A stretch of DNA of 64,000 nucleotides from an uncultured Acidobacteriota bacterium (GTDB taxonomy: Bacteria; Acidobacteriota; Thermoanaerobaculia; Multivoradales; JBCCEF01): the NCBI GenBank assembly GCA_963843275.1, contig CAWJJM010000004.1, positions 502,237-566,236 on the forward strand, in the 5' to 3' direction. Under the pieces are notes generated by a model. The model did no database searches and had not been told where the DNA came from. It worked only from the letters and a program-made list of their open reading frames with translations. The stretch's first letter is position 1. Each line of letters opens with the position of its first letter. Both the position numbers and the translations under genes were made by a program. Below are positions 48,240 to 59,052 of this stretch, piece after piece.

Positions 48240-49798
48240 CGGCGCCGGCCGCCGTCCGCCGCACCGCCCCGCGCCGGCGCCTGCCGGCCTGGCTCGGCCC
48301 CGTTCTCCTGGTGGCCGCGGTGTGGGGAGGAGCGCGCGCCGTCTGGTGGCTGGGCTACGCCAACGGCGACGACCTCGTCTACGCGGCCTACGCCTGGTCC
48401 TTCGACCGCCTGCCCGCGGACCACCGCGAGTTCCGGGTGCTGCCCGAGTTGGCGATCCGCGCCGCCCAGGCGGCCCTCGGCCCGACCGAGCTCGCCGCCG
48501 CGCTCCCCAGCCTGCTCGCCTCGGCGACGCTGCTCGCGGCGGTCGCCTGGCTGCTCGGCTGGCCGCGCCGCCACGACGCGGTCACCACCGCTGCGCTGGT
48601 GGTCGCCGCCACCGTCCCCCTCGAGGTGGTGATGGCCAGCTACCCGGGAGCGACGCCGGTCGCCGCCGGCCTGGCGGCGCTCGGCACCGCGGGCGCCCTG
48701 CGCGGCGGCCGGCGCGGCCGCATCGCCGGGGCGGCCCTGTTGGGCCTCGCCTTCGCCTGCCACGAGATCACCGTCTTCTGGATCGCCGCGTTGGTCGTCG
48801 CCCTGCTGCTCACCGACCGCCCGCGGCTGCGCGCCCTCGCCGTGCCGCTGGCGGTGGCGGTGGTCCTGCCGGTCGCCGTCGAGGCCACGGTCTACGGCGC
48901 CCTCGCCGGCCGGCCGCTGCTGCGCTGGGCCGCCGCGGCCCGCGAGACCGCGCGCACCGATCCGCTCGCGGAGTTCGGCGGCAGCTGGGTCCGCTTCCTC
49001 CTCTGGCCGCTGCGTCTGCTGGTGGTCTCCAAGCAGCTCGGTCTCGACCTGCTCGCGGTCGGCGCGCTCGGCGCCGCCGCCTGGCGCCGGCTCGCCGTCC
49101 ACCAGCGGGCCCTGCTGTTGACCCTGGCCGCCGACTGGCTCTGGCTCGGCTACGGCACCCAGGTGCCGTGGGCCTACCGGCCGCGCAGCCACACCTTCCA
49201 CTACTTCATCGTCTTCGCCCTGCCGATCGGTGCCCTGCTGGTGCCGGCCGCGCACCGCCTGCTCGGCCGACGGCGGGCCCTGGCGGTGGCCGCGCTGGCG
49301 GTGGCCACCCACCTCGCCTGCCTCGCCGCGGGAGGCCGCTGGGGGCGCAACGTGGAGGTCTCCCAGGCGCTCCTGGGCTACGCCGCCGCGCACCCCGGCG
49401 AGCGCTTCGTGACCGACGCCGCGACCTGGGACGAGATGACCGCCCTCGGCGGCTTCCGGCCGCCGCCCAACGTGGTCCCGGTGCCCGCACCCGCCGTCCT
49501 CGCCGGGCTGCTCGTCGACCGCGGCCGGCCCGCCGCCGCGTGGTGGCGCCCGCCGGCGCTGCGGATCGACGCCCTGCTGGTCAACCACGAGCGCCGCGAA
49601 CGGCCGCCCGACCCGGCCTTCGTCGCCTTCGCCGCGCGGGTGCGCCGCGGCCCGACCCTGTGGCGCCGCCCGCCGCGTCTCAAGCCCGCGCTGGCGCCGC
49701 TGGTGCCCCTGTTGGGCCGCCACGAGGTGATGCTCCTCGACGCCGGCGGCGAGGTCGTGGCTCTGCCGGACCGCCCGCGGTTGGCCGCCCCGCGCTAG
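48236..49798 (+). CDS. GT-C fold (ArnT/PMT-like) polytopic glycosyltransferase
   Basis: GTGA overlap; TM1 followed by NGDDLVY acidic loop; many TM segments. Confidence 0.7.
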   Translation: MTAPAAVRRTAPRRRLPAWLGPVLLVAAVWGGARAVWWLGYANGDDLVYAAYAWSFDRLPADHREFRVLPELAIRAAQAALGPTELAAALPSLLASATLLAAVAWLLGWPRRHDAVTTAALVVAATVPLEVVMASYPGATPVAAGLAALGTAGALRGGRRGRIAGAALLGLAFACHEITVFWIAALVVALLLTDRPRLRALAVPLAVAVVLPVAVEATVYGALAGRPLLRWAAAARETARTDPLAEFGGSWVRFLLWPLRLLVVSKQLGLDLLAVGALGAAAWRRLAVHQRALLLTLAADWLWLGYGTQVPWAYRPRSHTFHYFIVFALPIGALLVPAAHRLLGRRRALAVAALAVATHLACLAAGGRWGRNVEVSQALLGYAAAHPGERFVTDAATWDEMTALGGFRPPPNVVPVPAPAVLAGLLVDRGRPAAAWWRPPALRIDALLVNHERRERPPDPAFVAFAARVRRGPTLWRRPPRLKPALAPLVPLLGRHEVMLLDAGGEVVALPDRPRLAAPR

Positions 49799-49836
49799 GA
49801 TCCGACCGCTCGACCGCGAAGAGAAGGGAGGATCCG

Positions 49837-50484
49837 GTGCACGGCGAGCAGGAGACCTCGCGGCTGCCGCGCAGCGTGTGGGCGGTCGCCCACCTCGGCT
49901 TCCTCGTCGCCGCGGCGGCGTTGCTGCTCCGTCCGGCGGCAGGGGTCCCGCCGGCGCGGGCCGCGCTGCTCATCGCCTTCGGCGGAGTGATGTGGCTGCG
50001 CATGGCGGTGACCGCCTTCGTGTTCCTGCGCCGCCGCTTCGGCTGGAGCGAGATGGCGGGCACGGCGGCGGCGACCTTCCTCTACCAGGTGGGCTTCGCC
50101 TGGCTGGCCGCCCGCCGCGCGGCGCCGCTGGACGGCTGGGACGCTCTGGCGGTGGCGCTGTTCGCCCTCGGCAGCGCCATGAACTCCGGCGCCGAGTGGC
50201 AGCGCCGGCGCTTCAAGGCGCGGCCGGAGAACCGCGGCCGGCTCTACACCGGCGGGTTGTGGCGCCGGGTCCGCCACGTCAACTACCTGGGGGACGTGGT
50301 GTGGGTCAGTGGCTGGGCTCTGGCCACCCACCATCCCTGGGCGATGCTGGTCCCGCCCCTCCTGCTGGCGATGTTCGCGTTCGCCATGGTGCCCGACCTC
50401 GAGCGGTATCTGGAGCGGCGCTACGGAGCCGACTTCCGCGCCTGGCGGCAGCGTTCCTGGGCATTGGTGCCGGGCCTGTGGTGA
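49837..50484 (+). CDS. DUF1295 / steroid-5-alpha-reductase-like membrane protein
   Basis: GGAGG RBS; AEWQRRRFK..PENRGRLYTGGLW..VRHVNYLGD; LERYLERRYG. Confidence 0.9.
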   Translation: MHGEQETSRLPRSVWAVAHLGFLVAAAALLLRPAAGVPPARAALLIAFGGVMWLRMAVTAFVFLRRRFGWSEMAGTAAATFLYQVGFAWLAARRAAPLDGWDALAVALFALGSAMNSGAEWQRRRFKARPENRGRLYTGGLWRRVRHVNYLGDVVWVSGWALATHHPWAMLVPPLLLAMFAFAMVPDLERYLERRYGADFRAWRQRSWALVPGLW

Positions 50485-50545
50485 CCTCCGCCGCAGCCCG
50501 CTCCCGGCGTGGCGCCCGCCGCGACCGGGCGCTCGGCCGGGCCGG

Positions 50546-52882
50546 CTAGAGCCCGATCCGCTCGAGCAGGGTGCCGAACCGGGGGTCGGAGCGCAGGCTG
50601 TCGAAGGCGGGCTCGACGCCGAGCGACACGAGCCAGTCGAAGCGCTCCTCGCAGGCCCGGTCGAGGTCGGCGAAGGCGGCGTCGGTCTCCCCCAGCCCGG
50701 CGTGCAGCAGCGCCGTCCAGTAGGCCGGCACGTGGCGCCGCTCGCGCAGGGCGTCGACGGCGGCGAGCTGACCCCGGGCCTCCGCGGCGCGCCCTGCCAC
50801 CGCCTGGGCGTGGCCGAGGGAGGCGAGCGACTCCGGGTCGTCGCCGAGCAGCGCCACCGCCGCCCGGAAGGCGGCGACGGCGTCGTCGACGCGCCCGGCG
50901 GCGAGGCAGGCGCGGCCCAGCCACTGGTGGGCGACCGCGAAGTCCGACGCCAGGTCGAGGGTCCTCTCGAGCTGCTCGATCGCCGGCTCCCAGCGGCGGG
51001 CGAAGTAGTGGACGGTGCCGAGGTTGGCGTTGATGATCAGCGACAGCGGATCGAGCTCGAGTGCCCGCCGCATCTCGGCGAGCGCCTCGTCGAAACGGCC
51101 GGTCTGACCGAGGATGAAGCCGAACCAGTGGTGGGCGCTGGGATAGCCGGGGTTGAGCTCCGCGGCGCGGCGGAACTCGCGCTCCGAGCCCTCCCAGTCC
51201 CACTCGTAGTAGGCGCGCCCGAGTCCCAGCGAGGCGTGCGCCTCGGCCAGCGTGGGGTCGAGCTCGAGGGCGCGGCGCGCCGCCGCGATCGCCCGCGGCA
51301 TCACCTCGCGGGGCGGCGCCAGGCCGTAACGCTCGACCAGCGTGAGGGTGTCGGCCAGGCCGGTGTAGGCCAGGGCGTAGCGCGGGTCCTCGGCGCTGGC
51401 GCGGTCGAAGTGCTGGCGCGCCTTGGCGAAGCCGCCGGCCGTGCGCTTCTCGAGGAAGTAGCGCCCCTTGAGGTAGTGCTGGTAGGCGGTGGTCTTGTCG
51501 GTGTGGCGGCGGTTCAGGCGGCGTTGTTGCTCCCCCGTCAGGCGGCCGCGCAGGCTGCCGAAGATCCGCCGGGCGATGTCCTCCTGCACGGTGAACAGGT
51601 CGGCGAGCTCCTGGTTGTAGTGCTCCCCCCAGAGCTGGGCGTCGGCGCGGACGTCGACCAGCTCGACGCCGATCTGCAGCCGCTCGCCGAGGGCGAGAAC
51701 CCGGCCGGTGACCACCGCGCGCACCCCCAGCTCGTCGGCGATCGCGCGCGGATCGTCACGCCCCTTGTAGCGGAAGACGGTGCTGCGCGGGACGACGCGG
51801 AGCTCGGCGAGCTGGGCGAGGTTGTTGATGATGCTCTCGGTGATGCCGTCGCTGAGGTACTCGGTGGCCGGGTCGGCGGTCGCGTTGACCAGGGGGAGGA
51901 CGGCCAGCGAGTCGATGCCCCCCTCGCCGCGGCCCTCCGCCGTCCGGCGCCGGCGCTCGGTGCGGCGGTCCGGGGGGGCGGGACGCGCGGTCGCCCCGGT
52001 GCCGGCCGACCTCCCCGCGCTCTCCAGGGCGGCCTCGCGGGCCAGGCCGCGCAGGTCGGCGAGGAGACCCTTGAGGGTCTGGTAGCGCTCGTCGCGGTCC
52101 TTGCGCAGCGCCTTGCCGACGATCCAGGCGAGCTGCTCCGGGAGCTCCCCGGCACGCCCCGCGAGCGCCGGCGGCTCGCGGGTGAGGATGGCCGACAGCG
52201 TCTCCGCCGTGCTGCGCGCCGCGAAGGGGTGGCGGCCGCTCGCCATCTCGTAGAGCACCACCCCGAAGCTGAAGATGTCGCTGCGCTCGTCGAGCGCCTC
52301 GCCGCGGGCCTGCTCCGGGGACATGTAGGCGACGGTCCCCAGCAGCGCCCCCGGCCGGCTCAGCAGGCTCAGCGTCTCCGCCTCGCCGTCCGCCGCCGAC
52401 GCCGCCGACGCCGCCGGCACCACCTTGGCGAGCCCGAAGTCGAGGACTTTCGCCTGGCCGCGCGGGGTGATCAGGATGTTCTGCGGCTTGACGTCCCGGT
52501 GGACGATCTGGTGGGCGTGCGCCTCCGCCAGCGCGTCGGCCACCTGGACGCCCAGGGAGAGGACCTCGGGCAGCTCCAGGGCGGCGCGCCGCAGGCGGTC
52601 GGCCAGCGTCTCGCCCTCCAGGTAGGGCATGACGATGAAGTCGCGGTCGCCGTCGCTGCCGACCTCGTAGATGGCGCAGATGTTGGGGTGGTCGAGGCAG
52701 GCCGCCGCCCGCGCCTCGCGCAGGAAGCGTCGGCGCGCCGCCGCGTCGGAGGCCCAGCGCTCCGCCAGCAGCTTGACCGCCACCTTGCGCCCCAGTCGGG
52801 TGTCCTCGGCGAGGAGCACCTCGCCCATGCCTCCGGCACCGAGCCGGGAGAGCACCCGGTAGTGCGACAGCGTCTCGGGCAT
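50546..52882 (-). CDS. Cytoplasmic Ser/Thr kinase - TolB-like domain - TPR protein
   Basis: GAGGMGEV, VAVK, HRDVKPQN, DFG; SLAVLPLVN...EYLSDGITESII; TPR repeats. Confidence 0.93.
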   Translation of the reverse strand: MPETLSHYRVLSRLGAGGMGEVLLAEDTRLGRKVAVKLLAERWASDAAARRRFLREARAAACLDHPNICAIYEVGSDGDRDFIVMPYLEGETLADRLRRAALELPEVLSLGVQVADALAEAHAHQIVHRDVKPQNILITPRGQAKVLDFGLAKVVPAASAASAADGEAETLSLLSRPGALLGTVAYMSPEQARGEALDERSDIFSFGVVLYEMASGRHPFAARSTAETLSAILTREPPALAGRAGELPEQLAWIVGKALRKDRDERYQTLKGLLADLRGLAREAALESAGRSAGTGATARPAPPDRRTERRRRTAEGRGEGGIDSLAVLPLVNATADPATEYLSDGITESIINNLAQLAELRVVPRSTVFRYKGRDDPRAIADELGVRAVVTGRVLALGERLQIGVELVDVRADAQLWGEHYNQELADLFTVQEDIARRIFGSLRGRLTGEQQRRLNRRHTDKTTAYQHYLKGRYFLEKRTAGGFAKARQHFDRASAEDPRYALAYTGLADTLTLVERYGLAPPREVMPRAIAAARRALELDPTLAEAHASLGLGRAYYEWDWEGSEREFRRAAELNPGYPSAHHWFGFILGQTGRFDEALAEMRRALELDPLSLIINANLGTVHYFARRWEPAIEQLERTLDLASDFAVAHQWLGRACLAAGRVDDAVAAFRAAVALLGDDPESLASLGHAQAVAGRAAEARGQLAAVDALRERRHVPAYWTALLHAGLGETDAAFADLDRACEERFDWLVSLGVEPAFDSLRSDPRFGTLLERIGL

Positions 52883-52895
52883 TTTCGAGCCCAGT

Positions 52896-54323
52896 CTATC
52901 GATCCAGTCGGCGGCGGGCGGAGCGGGCGGCGTGATACCCGCACATGCCGTGCACGGCGCCGCCCGGCGGGGTCGACGCCGAGCACAGGAAGACGCCGGC
53001 GAGCGGGGTGGCGTAGGGGTCGAGCCGGGGCACCGGCCGGAAGAAGAACTGGCGCAGGTCCTGGACCCCGCCGTTGATGTCGCCGCCCACCAGGTTGGCG
53101 TCGTGGGCCTCGAGCTGCCGGGTGTCGAAGGTGTGCCGCGCCAGGACCACCTCGCGGAATCCGGGAGCGAAACGTTCCACCTGGGCCTCCACCGCGGCCG
53201 CCCGGTCGGCGGTCGAGCCGTTGGGGACGTGGCAGTAGGCCCAGGCGGTGTGGCGGCCGGCCGGCGCCCGGGACGGATCGAAGAGCGAGGGCTGGGTGAG
53301 GAGGACGAAGGGCTCGTCGTCCGGAGCTCCGTTCCAGGCCGCCGCCGCCGAGGCGGCGATGGCCGCGCTGCCCGGTGCGAGGTGGACCGTGCCCGCGCGG
53401 CGGCACGCCGGCGCCGTCCAGGGGATCGGCTCGCGCAGCGCCCAGTCCACCTTGAAGACCCCGGGGCCGTACCGGAAGGCGGCGAGCTGGCGCCGGTAGC
53501 GGTCGGGCAGCCGCTCCCCGGCGACCGCCAGCACCTGCCGCGGGGTCAGGTCGAGCAGCACCGCCGGGGCCGCCGCGAAGGGCTCGAGCGAGCGCACCTC
53601 CGAGCCGGTGTGGATCGTGCCGCCGTGCCGGCGCAGCAGCGCGGCCAGGGCGTCGGCGATCGCCTGCGAGCCACCGCGCGGCAGCGGCCAGCCGGCGGCG
53701 TGCCCCGCCAGCGCCAGGACGATCCCGAAGGCCGCCGACGGTGCCTTCTCCATCGGCAGCAGGGTGTGCGCGGCGATCCCCAGGAAGAAGGCGCGCGCCC
53801 GCTCCGACCGGAACAGCCGCCGGCTCAGGCGGTCCGCCGAGCGCAGCCCGTAGAGGCCCAGCCGCGCCATCCGCAACGGGCGGCGCGGCAGGCGGAGCGG
53901 AGGCGCCAGGACGTCCTCGAAGAGCGGCTCCCCAGCGCGCAGGAACGGCGCCATCAGGCGGCGGTAGGCGGCGCCGTCGGCCGCCCCGAGACCGTCGGCC
54001 GTGGCGGCGAGCGAGCGCTCCAGCGTGACCGCCGTGCCGTCGTCGAACGGATGCGCCATCAGTACCGGCGGCTGGATCCACTCCAGGCCGTGCTCGCCCA
54101 GCGGCAGGCGGCGGAAGAAGGGCGACGCGGCACCCATCGGGTGCACCGCCGAGCACACGTCGTGGCGGAAGCCCGGGAGGGTCAGCTCCTCGGTGCGGGT
54201 GCCGCCGCCGATCGCGTCGGCCGCCTCGTGGACCTCGACCGGGTGGCCCGCCCGGGCCAGCGCCAGCGCGGCCGCCAGCCCGTTGGGCCCGGCGCCGACG
54301 ACCACGACCGGCCCGGCGCTCAC
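52896..54323 (-). CDS. FAD-dependent oxidoreductase, phytoene-dehydrogenase-like (COG1233)
   Basis: VVGAGPNGLAAA, GGGTRT.E.TLPGF.HDVCSAVHP, GGSQAIADAL, STPPGGAVHGMCG. Confidence 0.92.
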   Translation of the reverse strand: MSAGPVVVVGAGPNGLAAALALARAGHPVEVHEAADAIGGGTRTEELTLPGFRHDVCSAVHPMGAASPFFRRLPLGEHGLEWIQPPVLMAHPFDDGTAVTLERSLAATADGLGAADGAAYRRLMAPFLRAGEPLFEDVLAPPLRLPRRPLRMARLGLYGLRSADRLSRRLFRSERARAFFLGIAAHTLLPMEKAPSAAFGIVLALAGHAAGWPLPRGGSQAIADALAALLRRHGGTIHTGSEVRSLEPFAAAPAVLLDLTPRQVLAVAGERLPDRYRRQLAAFRYGPGVFKVDWALREPIPWTAPACRRAGTVHLAPGSAAIAASAAAAWNGAPDDEPFVLLTQPSLFDPSRAPAGRHTAWAYCHVPNGSTADRAAAVEAQVERFAPGFREVVLARHTFDTRQLEAHDANLVGGDINGGVQDLRQFFFRPVPRLDPYATPLAGVFLCSASTPPGGAVHGMCGYHAARSARRRLDR

Positions 54324-54462
54324 TCGGCGGCTCCCGTCGGCGCCCCGGGCGCGCGGGGCGGTGCGACCCGCCGGGGGCCGGCCCCCGGCCCGGGGCGCCG
54401 CGACGGCGCCGGCAGGGCGGCTGGCGTGCCGCGGCGCTGCACGACGACCGCCGCGGCCCGGC

Positions 54463-55200
54463 TCAGAAGCGGAAGCCCACGGTGAGCGCCACCACCGGGT
54501 AGAAGGTGGCATCGGCGAGCTCCGCCTCGAGGTCGCGCTCCTCGGCGGCGCGCAGCGCGTCGAAGGTGTCGCCCGCCAGCAGGTCGAGCGGCAGCGGCCC
54601 GTCGTAGTCGAGCGCCACCGCGGGCCTGCCGTGGTAGGCGGCGCCGAGGTCGAAGGAGACGTAGAGACCACGGCCGCCGGGCCCGCCGCCCCAGCCGATG
54701 CCCGCGTAGGGCGCCACGCGGTCCACCGTCGCCCGCGCCCGCACGCGGCCGAGCTCGAGGCCCTGCGGCACGGGGTAGCCGTGCTCGACGAGAATCTCGC
54801 GCAGCGGTGCCGTGGCGGTGAGCCGGTCGTCGTTGATCAGCGCCCCGGCGGAGAGCCGGAAGGCGCCGCCCCCGGGGTGGAGGTCGGCCACCGCCAGCAG
54901 CGCGGCGAGCTCGAGGTCGCCCTCGTAGTGGACGCGGCGCGAGTGGACCGAGGCGCCCACCGAGCCGGCGGTGGCGGCGGCGCGGAGGGCCAGCCGGCCG
55001 CCGAGGGCGATGGCGGCCTCCGCGCCCGCTCCGGTGGTGCCGACCCGCGCCCCCAGCGCCAGGTGGCCCGGCTGCGCCCCGGCCCCGGCGGCCACCAGGG
55101 TCAGGGCCAGGGCGGCGGCGGCCGTCCACCCGGCGCCGCGCGCCCCGCGGGCACCGCCCGCCCCCGCTCGTCGCCTCCACCGCGCTCGTCCGTTCCGCAC
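54463..55200 (-). CDS. Outer-membrane beta-barrel-like protein
   Basis: Signal peptide; ARVGTTGAGAE, PYAGIGWG, FDLGAAYHG; C-terminal ..TVGFRF (terminal Phe); TAGGCT -10 box 6 nt before GTG. Confidence 0.75.
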   Translation of the reverse strand: MRNGRARWRRRAGAGGARGARGAGWTAAAALALTLVAAGAGAQPGHLALGARVGTTGAGAEAAIALGGRLALRAAATAGSVGASVHSRRVHYEGDLELAALLAVADLHPGGGAFRLSAGALINDDRLTATAPLREILVEHGYPVPQGLELGRVRARATVDRVAPYAGIGWGGGPGGRGLYVSFDLGAAYHGRPAVALDYDGPLPLDLLAGDTFDALRAAEERDLEAELADATFYPVVALTVGFRF

Positions 55201-55419
55201 GACGCGAGCCTAGTACACCTGAGCGGACGGCCCGGCCCCGCCCCGGCCCGCGGGGGGCGCACCCACCCGGCGAGGTGATGCACGTCCGCGGCTGCCGACG
55301 CTATCGTGGTTCGGCAAGCGTCTGTCGTTGGCGGTCGGCCATCTCGTCCACCGCCACCGCCCTCCCGGCCGACCGCCGTGGCGCCGGGGGCTGGTGGCCA
55401 GGGCGAGAGGTTCATACCC

Positions 55420-56728
<1,309 letters not shown>

Positions 56729-56815
56729 CGCTGACGGCGACGTCACCGCTCGGGTGTCACGGGCCGGCGGCCGGTGGGTCGCCGGCCCGTTCCGTCTCCG
56801 CCGGGGGCCGCCGCG

Positions 56816-59047
56816 TCAGCGGACGGTCATCGCCCGCAGCCGCGCCTGGGCGCGCGGCGCCACCCGGGGGCCGTCGTCGTCGAACAGGCGGGCCGGGGAG
56901 GCCGCGGCGCGGTCGAAGGCGGCGCGCGCCTCGTCGCGGTAGGCGGTGGGATCGGTGGCGAGCAGGGCGAGGCCGAGCCAGTAGTCCACGGTGCCGCGAC
57001 CCAGCCCGGACCGCTCCGGCACCTGGATGCCCCGCAGCGTCCGGACGGCGCCGATCCAGTCGGCCAGGCCGAGCTGCGCCGCGGCGCGGTTGAGGTCCAC
57101 CACCCAGGCGGGGCTGGCGGCGTCGCCCGACGCCGTCGCCAGCGACCACCAGGACGAGGCGGCCGGCAGGAACAGGCCGGAGCTCGCCGGGTCGATGATC
57201 CGCGGGCTGGTGCCCAGCTGGACGGTCACCTGGTGGCGCGCGCCCGCCCGTTCGTAGGTCAGCGGCAAGGGCGCCCCGGGGCCGGCGGCGGCGAGCGCCG
57301 CGGCCGGGTCGGCGGAGCCGCCGGCGGAGACCACCACGTCCCCGGGTCGCAGGCCCGCCTTCGCCGCCGGGCCGCCCTCGGTCACCCGCAGCACCACCGG
57401 ACCCGCCTCCGACTCCGTCGGCAGCAGGTCGGCGCCCAGCCAGGCGGTGGTCAGCGCCGGCGGCTCGGCGAAGCGGCCCGCCGCCTCGCGGAACGAGGTG
57501 GGATCGGCCAGGCGCAGGCGCAGGACGTCCGCCCGCGGCGGCCCCGGTGCCGCCGGGAACACCCAGAGGTCGGCGGCGGCCGCGTAGAGGTCGTCGGAGA
57601 GCACCGCCAGCCCGTAGGCGGAGCAGGCCAGGGCGCGGTCGGCGCCGCGCTGCATCCCCGCCCAGTCGATCGCCGCGGCCGCGGTGCCCCCGGGCGCCGC
57701 ACCGCGCAGCGTCTGCGCCCGCAGCGAGAAGGGCGCCAGCACCGCGGCCCCGTCTTCCTCGCGATCGAGGAACAGCCAGCTCCCGCGGGTCGAGAAGGCC
57801 ACCGGGAGGCCGGAGCGCACCCGCTCCGCGGCGTCGGCGTCGCCCCCCAGGACACCCACCAGGCACAGGCTCGGCACCAGCTCCACCGGCACCTCCAGCA
57901 CCTGGCGGTCGGCGAGGTCGACGGCGGTCTCGAAGCCGCCCAGGGTGCCGGCGCTGACGGCGATGCGGTGACCACCGACCGCCAGGTCGAGCCGCGGCCG
58001 GCCGGAGGCGTCGCGCGGCGGCGTCCGCGTCTCGCCGTCGACGCGCACCTCGGCGCGCGGCGGCAGGCCCACCAGCACGACCGCGCCGCCGGTGGCCTGC
58101 AACGTGATCGGACCCACCCGGTAGTCGCTGAGGTCGGTGATCCGCAGGTTGCCCTGGTGGCTCCGGAAGCCCTGGCGGCGCAGCTCGAAGGTGTGGTCGC
58201 CGGAGGCCAGCCCTTCGACGAAGAGCAGGGCCGGACCGGCCGCCGCCGCGGGCTCGCCAGGGGCGGCGGTCGACGGCAGGGCGGTCACCCCGTAGGAACG
58301 GCCGTCGACGACCACCTCGGCTCCCGGCTGGGCGGTGGTCACGCGCAGGGTGGCGCTGGTCCGCTCCAGCGCCAGGGTGCGCCGCTCGTCGGCGCCGGCG
58401 GCGAGCTCCACGTCGACCTCGGCGGGGGCGTAGCCGGGGCGGCGGGCGGCCAGGTGGTAGCTGCCGGCCGGCAACCGCACGGGCTCGCCGGCGGCGAGGC
58501 GGGGCGCCGGGGCGCCGTCGAGCGACAGCTCGGCGTCGGACGGGTCGAGCTGGACCGACAGGGTCCCCACGACCTCGGCCTGCACCGTCCGGAACAGCTC
58601 GGCGAGCTTCGGCGAGATCAGGCTGAGATCGGGCTCGTAGCCCGGGTCCACCGCCAGCGTCTCCCGCAGGTCGCTCCGCGCCGCCTCGAGCTCGCCGAGG
58701 TTGAAGCGCACCTCGGCGCGGCTGGCGAGGCTGCGCACCAGGAGCTGGCGGCGCTCGTCGGCGGCCTCGCTGGCCGGCTCGCCCAGCATGTCGATGAGCT
58801 GGGTGAAGAGCTCCTCCGACTCCGGCTGGTCGGCCGAGTGGAAGACGGCCAGGGCGCGGTCGAACAACGAGCGCAGCTCGTCGATCCCGTGGCTGGGAAG
58901 GGTCTCGACGGTGATCGCCTCCTCGGCGGGCGGCGGCTGCTGCGCCACCGCGGGCGCCGCGGCCAGCAGGCCGAGGCCGGCGAGCAGGGCCGGCAGGGCG
59001 AAGAGCAGAACGCGGCGGGTCGACGGCGGCGGGGTTCGACGGCGCAT
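56816..59047 (-). CDS. Secreted TPR - PEGA - PDZ domain protein
   Basis: Signal peptide AVA-Q; TPR-like helices; PEGA units (AELSLDG, AEVVVDG, AEVRVDG); PDZ (VLRVTEGGPAAKAGLRPGDVVV). Confidence 0.75.
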   Translation of the reverse strand: MRRRTPPPSTRRVLLFALPALLAGLGLLAAAPAVAQQPPPAEEAITVETLPSHGIDELRSLFDRALAVFHSADQPESEELFTQLIDMLGEPASEAADERRQLLVRSLASRAEVRFNLGELEAARSDLRETLAVDPGYEPDLSLISPKLAELFRTVQAEVVGTLSVQLDPSDAELSLDGAPAPRLAAGEPVRLPAGSYHLAARRPGYAPAEVDVELAAGADERRTLALERTSATLRVTTAQPGAEVVVDGRSYGVTALPSTAAPGEPAAAAGPALLFVEGLASGDHTFELRRQGFRSHQGNLRITDLSDYRVGPITLQATGGAVVLVGLPPRAEVRVDGETRTPPRDASGRPRLDLAVGGHRIAVSAGTLGGFETAVDLADRQVLEVPVELVPSLCLVGVLGGDADAAERVRSGLPVAFSTRGSWLFLDREEDGAAVLAPFSLRAQTLRGAAPGGTAAAAIDWAGMQRGADRALACSAYGLAVLSDDLYAAAADLWVFPAAPGPPRADVLRLRLADPTSFREAAGRFAEPPALTTAWLGADLLPTESEAGPVVLRVTEGGPAAKAGLRPGDVVVSAGGSADPAAALAAAGPGAPLPLTYERAGARHQVTVQLGTSPRIIDPASSGLFLPAASSWWSLATASGDAASPAWVVDLNRAAAQLGLADWIGAVRTLRGIQVPERSGLGRGTVDYWLGLALLATDPTAYRDEARAAFDRAAASPARLFDDDGPRVAPRAQARLRAMTVR

Positions 59048-59052
59048 GGGGC

